DNA of 61,724 nt, filler included, from Sphacelaria rigidula (lineage: Eukaryota): the NCBI GenBank assembly GCA_964200075.2. It is 8 parts of 8 records of this genome, joined end to end, with 100 filler letters (N's around TTAATTAATTAA, not from the genome) between each part and the next. Parts side by side here need not be neighbours in the genome. Positions count along the whole stretch, not along the records: positions 1 to 7,629 come from CAXNAA020014031.1; positions 7,730 to 15,358 come from CAXNAA020014032.1; 6 more parts are not named here. One strand, written 5' to 3'. A model generated the notes under the pieces. It did no database searches. It saw only the letters and a program-made list of their open reading frames with translations, and was not told the origin of the DNA. Positions 1 through 13,550 of the stretch are shown here, in pieces; positions within the stretch are counted from its first letter, which is position 1; each line of letters opens with the position of its first letter. A program made the position numbers and the translations under genes.

Positions 1-304
1 TACTCATGATCATGTATGCCTACATCCCCGGGGGGGGGGGGGGGGGGGGGGGATGACAACTCCGGTGTGACCTTCCTCCTGTATGACCCCGGCCGCGCGC
101 CCGCTTATAGCGGAACGTGCAGGCGTCCAGAATAAATGGAACGAGAACAAGCAAAAAGAGACACGATTATGGAGTACGTCCAGATAACGTCCACAGGTCC
201 TCTATATGATGTAATATTGATGATACGAAGAGGACGAGTCAACCAGCTAGGGCTGTGTTCTGGTCGGTTTCATCAATGTAACTGTCCGTGTGTGCGTGAT
301 TTGA

Positions 305-782
305 ACACCCTGGACAATAGAATCCGTTGTAAAAAAATGTACTGCGTACAGTATGGAATATTTTGTCTGTTGCAAAAGCGTTTCGTTGTTTTTATTTTAT
401 TTTATTTGCTTTGCTCTTTACTTTCCTCTTGTTTTCCTTTTTCTTGCTTCAGGTCGGCATTTCTTTCTGTGCTTTGCTTGTGTTGACTTTTTATTACTTT
501 TTTTGTCACGAATTAATCTGATATGTCGTTCTGTTCGACCACTCTCTTTTTTTTCGTTTTCTGTTCCTATTTTTTCTGCTTCTGTTCCTTTCTTTTTCTT
601 TTTTTCTTAGAGCGTGTGTGAGTTTCCTTTTTCTTGGGTACGTCTATCATGGGACCACGGCTGGACCCCGGGGGGGTCAGTTAAAGTGCGACAATAAAAA
701 AAAATCAATCAATCAATAGGCGCAATAGTCGATACTGTACGCAGTACATTTTTTGACTGTGTATTATTTTGTCCAGGGTATG
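305..782. mobile_element. Non-autonomous TIR element with CA(C/T)-CCCTGGA ends, interrupted by the (CAAT)n retroelement
   Basis: Left ACACCCTGGACAATAG..AAAAAATGTACTGCGTACAGTAT is inverted relative to ATACTGTACGCAGTACATTTTTT..TTGTCCAGGGTATG. Confidence 0.6.
500..718 (+). mobile_element. Non-LTR retroelement 3' end with (CAAT)n tail
   Basis: TTCTTGGGTACGTCTATCATG.GACCACGGCTGGA..CCC.GGGGGGTCAGTTAAAGTGCGACAAT + (CAAT)n recurs at about 34350-34537 on another contig. Confidence 0.7.
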
Positions 783-896
783 CCGATTTAACAGTTTTAC
801 GGTTTTTGCTACGTGATGAATACATGGCAAACGGCGATGGGTTAACTGTTAATAAGGATAGAAACCACACGCTGGACAATAGACATCAAAAGATAG

Positions 897-955
897 CAAT
901 AGACAGCAATAGGCAGCAATAGACAGCAATAGGCAGCAATAGACAGCAATAGGCA
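897..955. repeat. 10-bp-period minisatellite (CAATAGACAG / CAATAGGCAG alternating)
   Basis: About six contiguous units with no spacers. Confidence 0.9.
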
Positions 956-1196
956 AAAACTGTACAACATCAAGAATGGAATCTAGTACCCACTGCAATG
1001 GACAATATATTAATAATAGATTCCAATGTTGTGTTGTGTAGGATACGGATATGTTCGGTAGGGTATGAGGATATTTCTTGCATTACTTCCAGAACTGTCG
1101 GGTGCTGGTGTGGAAGTACAGAGCTCACAGAACCTGTCGGGTACGTCTATCATGTGTAAGTACAGAGCAAACACTAACTCTGACCCGAGCCTTACA

Positions 1197-1700
1197 GTTG
1201 CTGTTGTTGTTGTTGTTGTTGTCTTTACATTAGGAAGTCGTTCCGGTATCTGCGCAGTGCCGTACTGGGCATCTGACTCGGACGTCTTCCGTGGTCACGG
1301 GCTACCACTCCATGTTAGGGTAAAAGAAAAAGGAAAAAGTAAAATCAGGAAATAAAATCGGACCCACGGAAAATTGACACAGACGCGACACAAGAAAAAC
1401 AAAATAAAACAAAACAAAAACAAAGGTGAAAAAAAAAAAAACTATCCTTGGACCTCTGAGAGGACAGACACATGTAAGCGNNNNNNNNNNAAAATTGACA
1501 CAGACGCAACACAAAAAAAACAAAACAAAAAAAAACAAAAACAAAGGTGAAAAAAAAAAAAAACTATCCTTGGACCTCTGAGAGGACAGCTACATGTATG
1601 CGTATGCATAAACTAAGCAAACCAGAAAGGGCGCCACATGACACCACCCACCGCCTCGGAGGGAGGGGTGCATCGGATTGAGCAGTTAATAGCTTCCATC
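1197..1700 (-). mobile_element. Probable non-LTR/SINE-like element ending in an (AAC)n tail
   Basis: (GTT)n run at 1197-1222 abuts a GC-richer body. Only one copy is in the window, so the boundaries are approximate. Confidence 0.3.
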
Positions 1701-2145
1701 CTCTCCCTACTATCCTTGAGATTCCCGTTTCAGTGCACGTAGTCGGCTGGCCTCTTTTTTATATCTGTGCCAAAAGATGATGAACCTCTCCGCTCCCTGT
1801 AATACCCCCTCGTGCCATGGTATCCCCCCTTCTTTCTTTGCTGCAGAAGACCAGAGTGCACTTTCAACTCCGGACGTTCCAGTGCGACAGTCTATCAATC
1901 TATCAATCGATCAACCAAGCACAAAACATCGTACCCTACAAAATATAACCTTGAACGAATACAGCTTCTTTCAAGCGTGTTCGTAAGTACTTTTTTTCAT
2001 ACGATAAATACAACGGAAGATCGCAAAGGAAAAAAAAGAAGCAGAAGAGGTCACGAATGCGTACTGTATATACATTTACGAGGAATCCGACCCACTCAAA
2101 CCTGGACAAAACGCGTGTAGGCGTCTACCGCGAATGTACATTTTC

Positions 2146-3329
2146 CACGCCCTGGATGATGACAAATTATTACATTGTAAAAAGTTGTACGACGTACAGT
2201 ATCGACTGTTGCGTCTAGTGCGATAGACAACAGATGCTATGCTGTACGCAGTACATTTTTTCACAGTGTTATCTGTGACATTTTCGGGGCTTCTCAATGC
2301 CCGCATCCTTCGGGCGCCTCAAATAAAATTACTCAGTTTTCAGGGGCGGTTATCGCCGCTTAAAAATGCACTAGAGTATATATCTTAAGGGTCTGGTACA
2401 GCTGTTTTCTGCGAAAAGTTCGATTGAGAACTGCTGCATACCGTACAGTACGGCTAAAATCTATCATTTAGAGTATGGTCTAATGCTCAATTAATACTCA
2501 GATCCGTCCAACGAACAAACATGGGGCGTAAAAATCCCCTACCGTGAATGAAAAAAAGATCGATCAGGAAACAAAAAAAAAGGAGGTGATTTTTTTCACA
2601 CGTTTCAAGATCCCGAGCTTTCCTTTAAACAGAAGTCGAGACTTGTTTATCGTGGTAATAAACAGTTCGGTATCTCACGACTGCAGGCGCGGGGATTTTT
2701 ACCACCTCTTGGATAAAGGGACCGTCTTGAAAGTCGTTGCAGGACGCGAATCTCACTTGAACCGCCCTAGGTAATTCGTGACAGGACACACGCATTTACA
2801 CCGCTTGGCAGCGATTTTGTCATCATTCATACACAAGCGCTTAACCCTTTTGGAACCGTCGATGGAAAAATGATGATATACAATTGACGTTTTCTTGGGC
2901 AAGATATGCATGTGTTTCTGCACTTGTTGATGATGCAGCCCGCCAAAACGGTACACCACTCCAAGTTCAAGTATGCCAATGTGACAGATTCGTGCACGAC
3001 ACTGGAAGTGACGTTTTTTCCGGTGACGAAAACTCGCACATGGGAGTTTGTACTGTTTTCGGTGAGTTCCAAAAGGATTAACGAGTGCGCGAGGCCGTAT
3101 GACACGCGCATGGTCTCTCTTGATTACCGCATCGCTCAAATGGTACAGTGCACATGACTAATCTTGACAAAAAAATCCACATCCGGGACAACGACAACAT
3201 ATTACATTCGCAAAAGTTATACTGCGTACAGTATCCAATCTATTGTATATTGCGATTGAATTAACAAAATCGATACTGTATACAATACACTCTTTGACGA
3301 TTCTATTTATTGCCATCATCCAGGGTGTG
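2146..3329. mobile_element. Related TIR element (CACGCCCTGGATGATG / CATCATCCAGGGTGTG) with nested insertions
   Basis: About 20-bp terminal inverted repeat; internal segments are similar to the 305-782 element. No clear TSD. Confidence 0.6.
2845..3077. mobile_element. piggyBac-type MITE, family B
   Basis: TTAA|CCCTTTTGGAA ... TTCCAAAAGGA|TTAA; second diverged copy at 42816-43047. Confidence 0.85.
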
Positions 3330-6300
3330 ATGAAATCGCGGTCAAGGAGGTCTAGATTCAGCTCGATGCTTTGTCCTTGCCTTGCCCGCATTGTTGACAT
3401 CAAATTGCGCGCCCCCAAAACCGGAGAGCCTGCGCCCACCGATGCCCGACGATCGCCTTCTGGAAAATGACTTCCGTGCGGATCTGCGAAGGGGAGAGAA
3501 GATACACGCGGACCAGGGCGGAGGACAATGTTGGTATGTGTAGATTGCACCTTCCATCTCCGACGTAAATCATCGGAGACGATGAATGCTGACTTACAGA
3601 AAAGCCAAGAATACACACGAAAATGCATGTCGGGCAGGCTGTATCCTTTGTGAACACTGCATACTGTCTGTAGAGGTGCAGATGATGCTGTTTACTTTAC
3701 GGGCAACGTGGCGATCCAGTCTCTTTCATGGCGTGAAACATTCCGTACTATCGTATTGATTGACTCGGCGCCAGCAAGTGATCGGGATTCTCTGTTTCGG
3801 TCTGCCAGGAACATTCTCGAGTCTCCTTTAGCAAACATTTCCGTTTCGGTTCACCTTGGGTACGTCTATCTTGCGACCTTGGCTGTGTCATGACTCGTGG
3901 GGGATCAGTTCATCCACGATAAATCACCCGATCAGTCGATCGATCATACGCTGTACGTATTCGTCACGGGCTTGTAAAGCGCTGATTGCACACATCGAAC
4001 ATATCATCGGACAGGTCATGATCCGTCTTAAATAAGAAATCAAAAGAAGACTGTCGAATCCATTGGTCCGAAAACACAAAATATGTGACCGCGGAGTCAG
4101 AAATGCCAAAGCGCAACCTTTGCGCTACTCGAAGTGCTCGGTGTCCGGCGCCGTAGAGAGCAAACATGGAAAAGGGGGGCCAAAATGATCTGGATCATGA
4201 TCCAAATCAGTACACCAAGAGGAAGTAATTTTCAGATGGAGCATCATATCTCCTACCTGTGGACGATAGTTAATAGAGGATGACCACATCTCCTGCTTGG
4301 GGTACGTGCGCGTATCGTACAACACGGATTATCCTCCTGAGTGATACATTATCTCAATAGAGAATGACAAAAATAACCCCCAACTCCTGACCGAAAAAAA
4401 AAAACCGTCGAACAATTGATATTTCTCGGTAGACCTTTCACCCAGGACCAATCAAATCAAGAGGAAACAACACCACAGACGGGAAATATGGTGTTAATGA
4501 ATTATTCGTGAGCATAGCCCACGTACGGTTCTGCAAAAAACTCTTCGCGGTACTGACTTCCACATACACACTGCCGAATTTCGAGTAACGGTCTTGGGAT
4601 TCAGGCACGGTTGACGTTGTTGGAATATGTTTTTTTATTTCGCGAAAGCTCTCGCCGAATGGCTGATTCATCAGACCCACGCACGCGCGCGGAGGCCTGC
4701 GAAGTCACCCCCCTTCCTCACTTTCCCCCTCCCCTCCTCGGGACTAGCCTGGAGTCTTGCGGGATGAATCCATCTTCCCCTCGGTACAGTACTCGATGGG
4801 GAAATGCGGGACGTGAACGAAGGTGCCATGAAATCGTTTGATTCGTTAGACAGTAGGGCGAACGATGGCTATGCTAGGAGATAGGTGGTGGCCGCAGACG
4901 GCGAAACAGGACGGGGATAAGATACGTGAGAGGTTTCTATGTAACCGTATGGAAAAAACGTAATGGGCACCGAAACGACGGAGGTTTCTCGATTAGGAGT
5001 AGGAATGGTACTCCGTCTCGAAACGGATGCATGTTCAGGCAAAGGAACTCCAACGCAAATACGCCAATAACACCATGTGCGTGCACCACAGGATATCTGT
5101 GGGCTCGTACCCGCGGTCAAAAGTCCGGCATCATTGCCGACGACAGAGGATTGATGTCTAAACGGTTACATGACTCAAGGCGCTTGTCAAGAAGTGACAA
5201 GCATCCGGCTGAGCACTCGGAGATTGCCTTACTGTCTGAAAAATATTGCGGATGGCGATGCTCATGCAGGAAGCACAACACGCCCCTTGGCGAAGGTCAT
5301 GTGTAGGAGCCAAGAGATTCCGGAGTGCGCAACGGAACATATTTTGCGGCATGTTGCAATGCTGAAGAGGGGGGGACTTGCCGAGTCATTTGGTCATGTT
5401 GGTGTGGTGCCGTACACAGGTCTCTTTTTCCTTCCGCCTGTACAGCAAGTACGGTTCAGGGGCTCTATTTCGTTGGTTGATAGCAGGTTCATAGCGCTGA
5501 CCGTACTGCACCGTATTGTACAGGAGCTGTGATTCATCATGTCTACCCGTACGTTTCACCAAATAATATATATATATATATATATATATATCATAAAAAA
5601 TGTGCTTGAAGCTAAATAAAATGCTTCCTCTGCCCCATGAATTAGGACCGAACTGTTCGAACGAGTCGTTAAACCGTGTCCTATTTTTTTCGTCCTTTTC
5701 ATCGCACTCGTTGGAATATTTTTTCTTGGTTGAAGTCTATTCACTTATTTCTTCCGTTTCCACTTCCAACATGCGGCCGAACGTCAAAATGAATCAGTCT
5801 GCCCGAAAATAGTCGAATTTCGCCTTTATCCCGGAGGCACACGGAAAAAGAAACGATGAAAAAGGGCGAATATATGTCAAAAGTCCTTCATTTGAGTAAA
5901 CTTCATGTACAGAGGCTAGTTACGTCTTACTACATTAAAGCCAACTCATTGAGTTACCACTCTTGACCAACACGAAAATGGCACAAATCGGCCCGACTTC
6001 GGCAAAAAACGGATTCAAAGTAGCCAAAATCGGTCAAAATCGAGTCAACTTGAAAGAAAAATGTGTGTGCAATACATGTCAGACACTATTCACTTCTTGA
6101 TTTATGAGCATTTCCTCTGTTCATATCTCGAATGATCCCAACCATGGCACAGAATGCGCTTCCGTTCGAGAGATAACATTTGCGCCCCAAATCCATCGTG
6201 ACTTATGGAACAGAGAAAGAATTACGTATTGATACAACAGCGGTTGGACGCGAACGACATACGTAGTTTCCAAGGTTTATTCTGCAGGGCACGGCTTGTT

Positions 6301-7629
6301 GTGTAAGGGGGGTATTTTCCCGGGTACTACCCGTACCCGACAGTCCTGTGATTTCTGTGGGACTTTTATACCGGTACCCGGAAGTTCTGTCCCTTCTGTG
6401 AGACTTTCGTACCCCTACCCTGTAGTTCTGAGTTCGGTATAGAGTGATGCTACGGTGGGGGTACACAAATATTTTCTGAGGTTGGAAATGTTAGGAGCCC
6501 TTTATCTCATCCAAAACATTACCTATGAAAATATTTGAGAGTACGCCAGGATTATTATTCCAATGTGCTGAGGATATCCCGAATAATCTGCAAACGGGGA
6601 TGCCCTGACCCATATTCTTGTGCGTCTAGAATCGAAGAATCGTTAGGAGCCCCTGAACCAGACAAAATTTCGCGAAAAAAGTGCACCCCTACCGTAGCAT
6701 TGCTCTATACCTCCCATAACCGCGCCGGGGGCACGGAGATACCCATATCAAAATACCTGGTTGCGGGTACGGTTTTCTGCGCAACTCTCATACCCTACTC
6801 GACAAGTGCTGTAAGTTGTGTAAGACTTCCATACCAGTATCTGACAGCTCCGTAAGTTCCATAAGACACTCATACCCTTAGCTGATAGTCATGTACGTTC
6901 TGTAAGTCCCCAATACCCCTACCCGAGATTAGGGTGTACACTTGTATCTGTTGTAGATATACCCGATGAAGGTATGATCACAGGTGTACACCCTGCGGGG
7001 GGAAGTGTACTTATGGTCTTGCATGCTCTAGTCACATGACCATTGACCTCGCATCCATACGAAGCCAGGACGGAACACGCAAGGTTTTCGCCGGACCAGG
7101 CTCACAATCAATCACCAAGCGCAAAGCACCGTCATGTGCTCGGCGAGTCGCATGAGGCGTGAGCTGCATCCTTCCAAGATTGTTCGTCCCGAAGCGTACG
7201 AAGTATCTTGCATTTGAATGACAGCCTCCAACTAGTTACTTCATCACCCCTGGGGTGATATGGATATGTGTCCAATCCCGACACGATGAAAAGTTTTGGA
7301 AAATGTTTTTTTTTGCATTTCAGGATCAGAACAGAAGGGGGAAAAGCCGATAACGGTATTAATTCCACACTGAGAAAAACTTCAGCATCAAATTTTCAGC
7401 GTCAGAGCCCTGTTTGGAGCTCTCCACATCGAAATCCGATGTGCCTCTTCAGCCTCCAGTAGGGAACAAAAGGGAAGCACCACCACCCCCAGCACCGCGG
7501 TCACAGCCAATTCACGATCAACATATCCTAACAAGCAAAGCGGAACATTCCAAGGGTGGACAAATCAATGATTCGTCTGGAGATTACTTGGTTTTAGTGT
7601 CATTGATTCGAATCGTACGAATCAATCCC

Positions 7630-7729
7630 NNNNNNNNNNNNNNNNNNNNNNNNNNNNNNNNNNNNNNNNNNNNTTAATTAATTAANNNNNNNNNNNNNNN
7701 NNNNNNNNNNNNNNNNNNNNNNNNNNNNN
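7630..7729. other. Artificial contig linker (N44-TTAATTAATTAA-N44). Identical linkers at 15359-15458, 23088-23187, 30816-30915, 38544-38643, 46271-46370 and 53998-54097
   Basis: Seven identical 100-bp spacers containing a stop-in-all-frames 12-mer. The separated pieces are 7629, 7629, 7629, 7628, 7628, 7627, 7627 and 7627 bp, i.e. sorted by size. Confidence 0.98.
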
Positions 7730-9125
7730 CCGGTTCTTCCGGTTGGATCTAACCCCACCCGCCGGGGCGGGGGGGGGGGGGGGGTGCGTTAGAGAAACGT
7801 GGAATGTTCCCCTAAAGACGAGCGTACTACGGTCAGTGTTTGCTACGCCGATGGAGTGTATGATTTCATGTTCCCTAGGGGCGAACGCAAACGGATAGTT
7901 TTGCAGCGTACGAACAGGTACAGGACAAGAATAAAATATGGCTCAAAATTGTGGCTAGTTTGAGAGCTGCTTACTGCTTACTCATGGAATGCACGAGGCA
8001 AGGGGGGGCGGTTTGTGCACTTTTCACCACCCTGTTCCCGCCTTGCTTGCTGACTGGTAGTGACTAGTAGTAGCAGCAAACGGTGCGGTAGAACACTGAT
8101 GGTTGAGTGGACAGGAAGAAGCGCGACACAATGGAATTCTAGGCTGTGCGTGCAAAATGAAATCTCCACGCTTTTAACTCCCTGTGAATAATAACACCCC
8201 CTCCTCCCGTGTTACCGGTATATCTTGTGCACCCATGAAGAATAATAGAAGAGTATTTTTGGCTTCATATCAGTATCTACGCTCTCCATCGAGATTCTTT
8301 GTCCGCCCCCCGCCCCCCTCGTCAAAATTTGATACACGCGATGTTGAAGAGAAAACGATCGCTGTGCTTGGAAGCAGATGATGGCTTGAGACGGCGAAAT
8401 AGAAAGGAGATCAGATGAGCAAGAGGTTCTCATGTCATCTATCGAAAAACGTAATGAGCGCCCAACTGTTGGAGCTGTCCGTCTCTATTAGGAGTAGGAA
8501 CGGTGCTCCGTCCCGAAAGGGATGCGTAGTCAATGGTCAAATGACTATGGCGAGCGACAAACGAGTACGCGCCTCGCTTCGGCCATGGATAACACTCCTA
8601 TAGGGTAAATGTCTGGGCCTCGAAAATCTTTCACCACCCAGTAGTTCCTTACGATTTAGTTTAATTAGTTACGGGTATTATTAACGGGTCTTTTTTCCCT
8701 CCGATATCTCCGAATTTGTCGGGGGATTTCTCCTACAAATATGGAAGCAGAAATCTGAACCAAGTCAGACACTGGATAAATTCAAGACTTGACTGACTAC
8801 ATTTCTCTCCGAAAATCCAACGTCGGATTTTTGTTTTTCCCAGCGATCTTTTTGTTTTTCGGGAGAAGTCAGGAAAAATTCCACATTTTCTGAAAAAGTG
8901 AAATTAAATTCTGAACACAAGCACAAAAAAAAGCCCCGTTAAATAAGACAGACCCCTTAGCCTCTATTTACCGCTTTTGTAAAGCTGTGTCAATGATCTG
9001 TGGGGCTTTTCCTGGTATTGTCGAACCCTCACTGTATTTTTCCTATACAGTAATACCTACCATGTCATCCACATCCCACCACTGATTATACCCTTTTGGT
9101 ATCGTGTTGTGTGTTGCTTTGGTAG

Positions 9126-12100
9126 GTGTGTGCGAATGCCATGAAGCAGTACAGGCGGACGAGACCGGACCCCTCCGGCCGAGCTATCCGGAGGGCCAAA
9201 GAACTAGATAAGGGGGAAACTCATCCTCTGCTCGTCAGGTTCGAGGCTAGGGGAATGATTTCGGCAGCTGCGCACGCGGGGCGCAACCAGTTTCTGAGGG
9301 CGATGTCCGGGTAAGATAGATGGATGCATGGAAAATTGCTGAACGACAAGTCGTGACGTTGTTTCCTGTGGGAGGTTTTGTGAATAAATTGAAGAAGAAT
9401 AACGGGAAGAAAAAAAGTGCGTTGAGTTATACATATGTGTTTGTTTTATTTTTTTTTTGACCTGTATTTTCGGTACTTTAATGGTTCGTGTTGTCAGAAC
9501 CACTACTAACAGGAATATCACCGGGAAAAAGCTGTCACGGTTCGCACGAATCATCGCTGGTTCGAATCACGAAATCCACGAAATCATAGGCCTGATTGCT
9601 CGGATTTTTTTTTTTTTTCGACCGCTGATCGAAAAGGTCTCCACGCATTTTTTGCGCCATTCCACGTGCCTGGGGTGCGCGTACCTCGGTTGCAACGCTG
9701 AAAACAAAGCCTAAGGGTTGATTCGTACGTTACGAATCATTTACACTAAAATCAAGTAATTTACAGACGAATCATTCATTCTTCCGACCCTTGAAAGGTA
9801 TACCGTGTACAATCCATAGTAGCCGTACTTGCTTGTTTTTCTTTTTTCTTCCCGTCTCTTGCCTCTCTCTCTATTTCGGAACTTGATGCCGACCTCTTGT
9901 TGTGTACGCAAGGCTTTTACGGAGGGTGTTGGGCAACAGACGCCCTTCTCTGTTGCGGTCTATACACACATACATACTGCATACATGAGTGACCTGACCA
10001 CTCCACATGGCGCTGTATATTTTGTTCAAAGGTCGAATTATGATTATCATCGTTATTGTTGTTATTATTATTTATTTTTCTAACGCTCTCTAAGTAACCC
10101 ACCGATCGCACTCTGATGAATATCTGTCGCACAGGATCATCAGTCACCCGTTAACGCACACCATCGATCACACTCACCTTCTCCCTGTGCCCCCCCCCCC
10201 ATCGCCCATCCCCTCCTCCCATCCTGCCCCCGTCACTACCCTACCGCTCACGCCTCACGTTTGCAAACGCTCTCTTCTCATGCCCGTCAGTTTCCGGCCC
10301 AAGGAAACGATCTTCGAGCTACTGGGTGGTGGAGGCACAGAGGCCAAGGGCAACATGGAGGAGGTCATGGGGGCCGTGAGAAAACGGGCACGAGTTCACC
10401 GCCTGCTCACTCGAAATGAGACAACCGCGTCTGCCACTACATCGACCCCGACGTCCGCAGAACCACAACCCGACGACAACAGCGGCAATGCTGCAGAAGC
10501 TACAGAGGCTAGTTCCTCGGCAACCAAGGCTGAACCGAACGAGAGCGGAGAGGGGAGACCCGCAGTTGCCGTTGAGGATAACGGCGGCGGCAAGCATACG
10601 AAAAACGCGGGAGTGTCGGCAGCGAACAAGATGGGGTCTTCTCGCAGAACCCAACAGAGCAAGGACCAGGAGGCTGACAATGCAGCGGCTGGCGGCGATA
10701 ACGGTGGCAGCGGTCGGGTGGCGATGGATGTAGACGACAGCGAAGGCGGTAGTGGTGGCGGGGATGGTGAAGGCGAAGGACCGACTCCAGCCGGCGGGGG
10801 CGGGAGCGGGAGCGGGAGCGGAGTGTCGGGCAGAGACGCGGCAGTTGGATGCGGTGTTGCTGGAGACCGCGCTGACAAAAAGGGAAAAAATAGCGGAAAC
10901 CTTGCTGGTGATAAGGGCAGCGCTCATAGTACCAGTGGTATCGATGGCGATGGAAGGGGCGGTGGAGCTGCCGAGGGTGGCAGCGGGAAGCGAAAATACC
11001 TATCTCGGTTCGAGCGGAAACAGATGAAGAAGACTAAGGGTAGTAGCGGTGATGCGGGGGCCGGGGCGGGGAAGGGCGGGCAGGACGCGTTGACGCGGTT
11101 AGAACGTGAGGCGGCGGAGGAGAGTACGGATTGTGATGTTGGAGGGAGAGGGGGCCGGGGCGCCAAGGGGGTGTTGATTGGGAATGGTCACGGGCCCGGG
11201 CAGTTCGCAGACAAAAGTTGCTACATCGGCTATGGGACGACGTGAGTGCACATCGTACACAGTGTATCTATTCGGATTGATCGATTGAGTGCTTGTCGCA
11301 CCTCAGCTGATACTCGCGGGACCCAGTAATGGTCATTATCCGCAAGGCAGACATGCCCCCCAAGGTAAATAAAACGGAAACGCTTCCGAAAGAAGGAGGA
11401 AAGTGGAAAGAAAGGCAAAACGATAGAACAAGTGAACGGAGCAAACTGAAGAGGAAGAAAAACTGGTACAAAATTATTAGTGCAAACGACAAACAACAAA
11501 TATCAAGCCGAAAAGAAGGGGAAAAGGAACGGGGAAGATTAGCAGAGAAGATAAAGGAGGATAAGAACGAAATGAAACTAGCATAGGCCCGGCTGGGGTG
11601 GACAGGTATCGGCAAGCAGCTGGAGAAAAGATGCCGTTGCTGTCGTTGGCTCGGGAGTTCCGGCCGTATGCCCCCACACTTCTACAGTCCTCCTCTGCTG
11701 TTCCTACCTAAACCCTGGCGTTAGTGTCCATAAAAAAACACAGGTGGTGGTTGTTCGGCCGTCGGTTTCGCAGTGCTGTCTAACCCAGTCCAAAACGCTC
11801 ATGTGTCTGTAGGGGCATAGGCAACTGCAGGCATGACAGCGTTAGAATCGCCCAGGAGTTTCAAAGCCATCGACATAGTACTATATGTATGACTAAATAT
11901 CATCCATACGTGGTATATGACTATATACTCCCTCTGACCGAGAATATAAGCAAGATTTGGATTTCCGGCAGTGTATAAGCAAGGTTTTTATGATATTGAG
12001 AGAAGGGTGTCATTTGGGCACAGTGGATATCGGACATGTTTGGCATACGATCACATATCACGTTGGAGAGCGAAAAAAAACATCCGCTCGATGGGGGGGG

Positions 12101-13484
12101 GGGAGGATGGTGCGTTACTATCCCCTGATGGGGGAAATGGCAGAAGTCTGGCGTGATTGTACCCAGCGACGTAACCCCTTCCTTGCTACCGGCGAGCAGT
12201 TAGAGAACCACCTCTTCTCTCTCCGAAACGTTGAAATTCTTGCGTTTCTGCCCCTGAGAGGCACTCTCAGCAGCGGACATGTCCGACCAGCAAATGGGAA
12301 GGCGTTTGACCGGAGCTTCAAAGTTGGGGTGGTGAAATCGGGCGCCATCTGCTCGGGTGGAACACACTATTTTTTATGTGGTTTGAAAAAAGCAGCAGTT
12401 CTGCGCGCTGCTCGGCCAGCGCGGCGGAACCAACAAAAAAGCTGTTCGGAAAAAGAGTTCTGCACACCCGAGTTAGACCGCTTTTTGTCCAAATCTTGCT
12501 TATATTCTCGGTCAGAGGGAGAATATCATCATCCGTGGAAAGCACCCCCTAGTGATTTTTCGGGGTCATCTTGGTACCTACATGGCTGTTTCTGGTGTAC
12601 GTTGGATATCACCCCCTTCCTTTCCAGGCGTGCCCCCCACATATCACCTCCGGGTAATGCGTTCTCTGCCCGAGAACAGCAATCATCTTTCAGTGGTACA
12701 CACCGTGTTGTATGGTGGTGGTGAAGCCTGTCGTTTGATGATGAGCGGAGGTGGTTCACCGTTGTTGTTTTTTTCATGGATGGATGAGGAGCGGAAGAAG
12801 TTCATCTGTTTTGTTTTTTTGCATCGATGCGGTACTACGGTATACGACATTGCGGCACCATGTTCGTGATTTTGAAACCTTTTGGGGTGCCCTCAGGTAA
12901 ATAACTGAAGAGTCGTGAACACGCTGTAATACTATTCTTTCGAGTGAACGTGATGATGCCAGTCCGGCAGAAGGATATGCGGGAAAAGTGCAACAACTTG
13001 CGATTTTGTTTTTGTCTTCGCTTTTTGGCAAAACATTTTATGATCAGTGAAAACTTCAGGGATTTCTTGAATGAACGCGTGTTTTTTTGTTACCTCAAGT
13101 ATAAAACGAGTCTTCACGTTGCGTTATACATATACATACGTATGTATATATATATATATATACATAGGTTCTTGATTCTTCATTGTATTTTTTTTCTTAC
13201 TTCTGTTGTTGTGTTGCTGTATGCTCTTGTTTTGTCTCGTTTACTTTACTCTTTATTCCTTTGCTAGTCTCTCTCCTTTTTTTTATCTCTCTCTTTCTCT
13301 CTCTTTCTGTAAGTGTATGTCTCCTCACCACGTCTTTCTCTCCTGTCTCTCGCGTTCTCGAAAAAAATACCCCGAAACACTCGTCTGGCGTGTCGGCAGG
13401 GAAGAAGCGTCGTTCGTGGAAGCGGCGATGCAGCCTAGATCGGTGGAAAAGTCGGCGGACGGATTCGCTGCAGGACGCCTTGAG
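9126..13484 (+). CDS. DDX54: DDX54/DBP10-like DEAD-box RNA helicase, internal exons C-terminal to the helicase core: join(9126..9310,10291..11241,13400..13484), partial at both ends
   Basis: GT-AG boundaries with matching phases. The spliced peptide VCANAMKQYRRTRPDPSGRAIRRAKEL..HPLL..MSG|FRPKETIFEL..QFADKSCYIGYGT|TEEASFVE..GRLE matches recalled DBP10-family motifs (NA.KQY.R.RP.PS..I.RAKEL, RPKETIFE, F.D...YI.Y). Confidence 0.85.
9714..9795. repeat. Interspersed repeat end, inverted copy of 7547-7629
   Basis: GGGTTGATTCGTACG.TACGAATCA..ACACTAAAA.CAAGTAAT..CAGACGAATCATT is the reverse complement of the end of contig 1. Confidence 0.75.
11928..12521. mobile_element. Stowaway-like (Tc1/mariner) MITE in a DDX54 intron
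   Basis: Perfect TIR of about 34 bp, CTCCCTCTGACCGAGAATATAAGCAAGATTTGGA, preceded by TA. CTCCCTC termini are Stowaway-like. A diverged inverted copy lies at about 17770-18319. Confidence 0.85.
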
Positions 13485-13550
13485 GTCTGTATTTTGTCTC
13501 TGTCTTCGTCTTCGTCTTCCTCTCTCTGTATTTCTCTCCACCTCTTGCTA

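Noticed and set aside
897..955. Short regularly repeated units as a possible CRISPR array
   Set aside because: Contiguous 10-bp units with no unique spacers and no cas genes, in a eukaryotic context.
1370..1600. Direct duplication of about 110 bp around a 10-N gap (a similar case lies around 55198-55207)
   Set aside because: Typical unmerged contig overlap at a scaffold gap with homopolymer errors.
10319..11166. Long antisense and alternative-frame ORFs (202, 160 and 105 aa)
   Set aside because: Shadows of the GC-rich low-complexity DDX54 exon.
11957..12724. 255-aa ORF
   Set aside because: Non-ATG start, runs through a MITE and out of its TIR, and has no recognisable domain or DDE motif.
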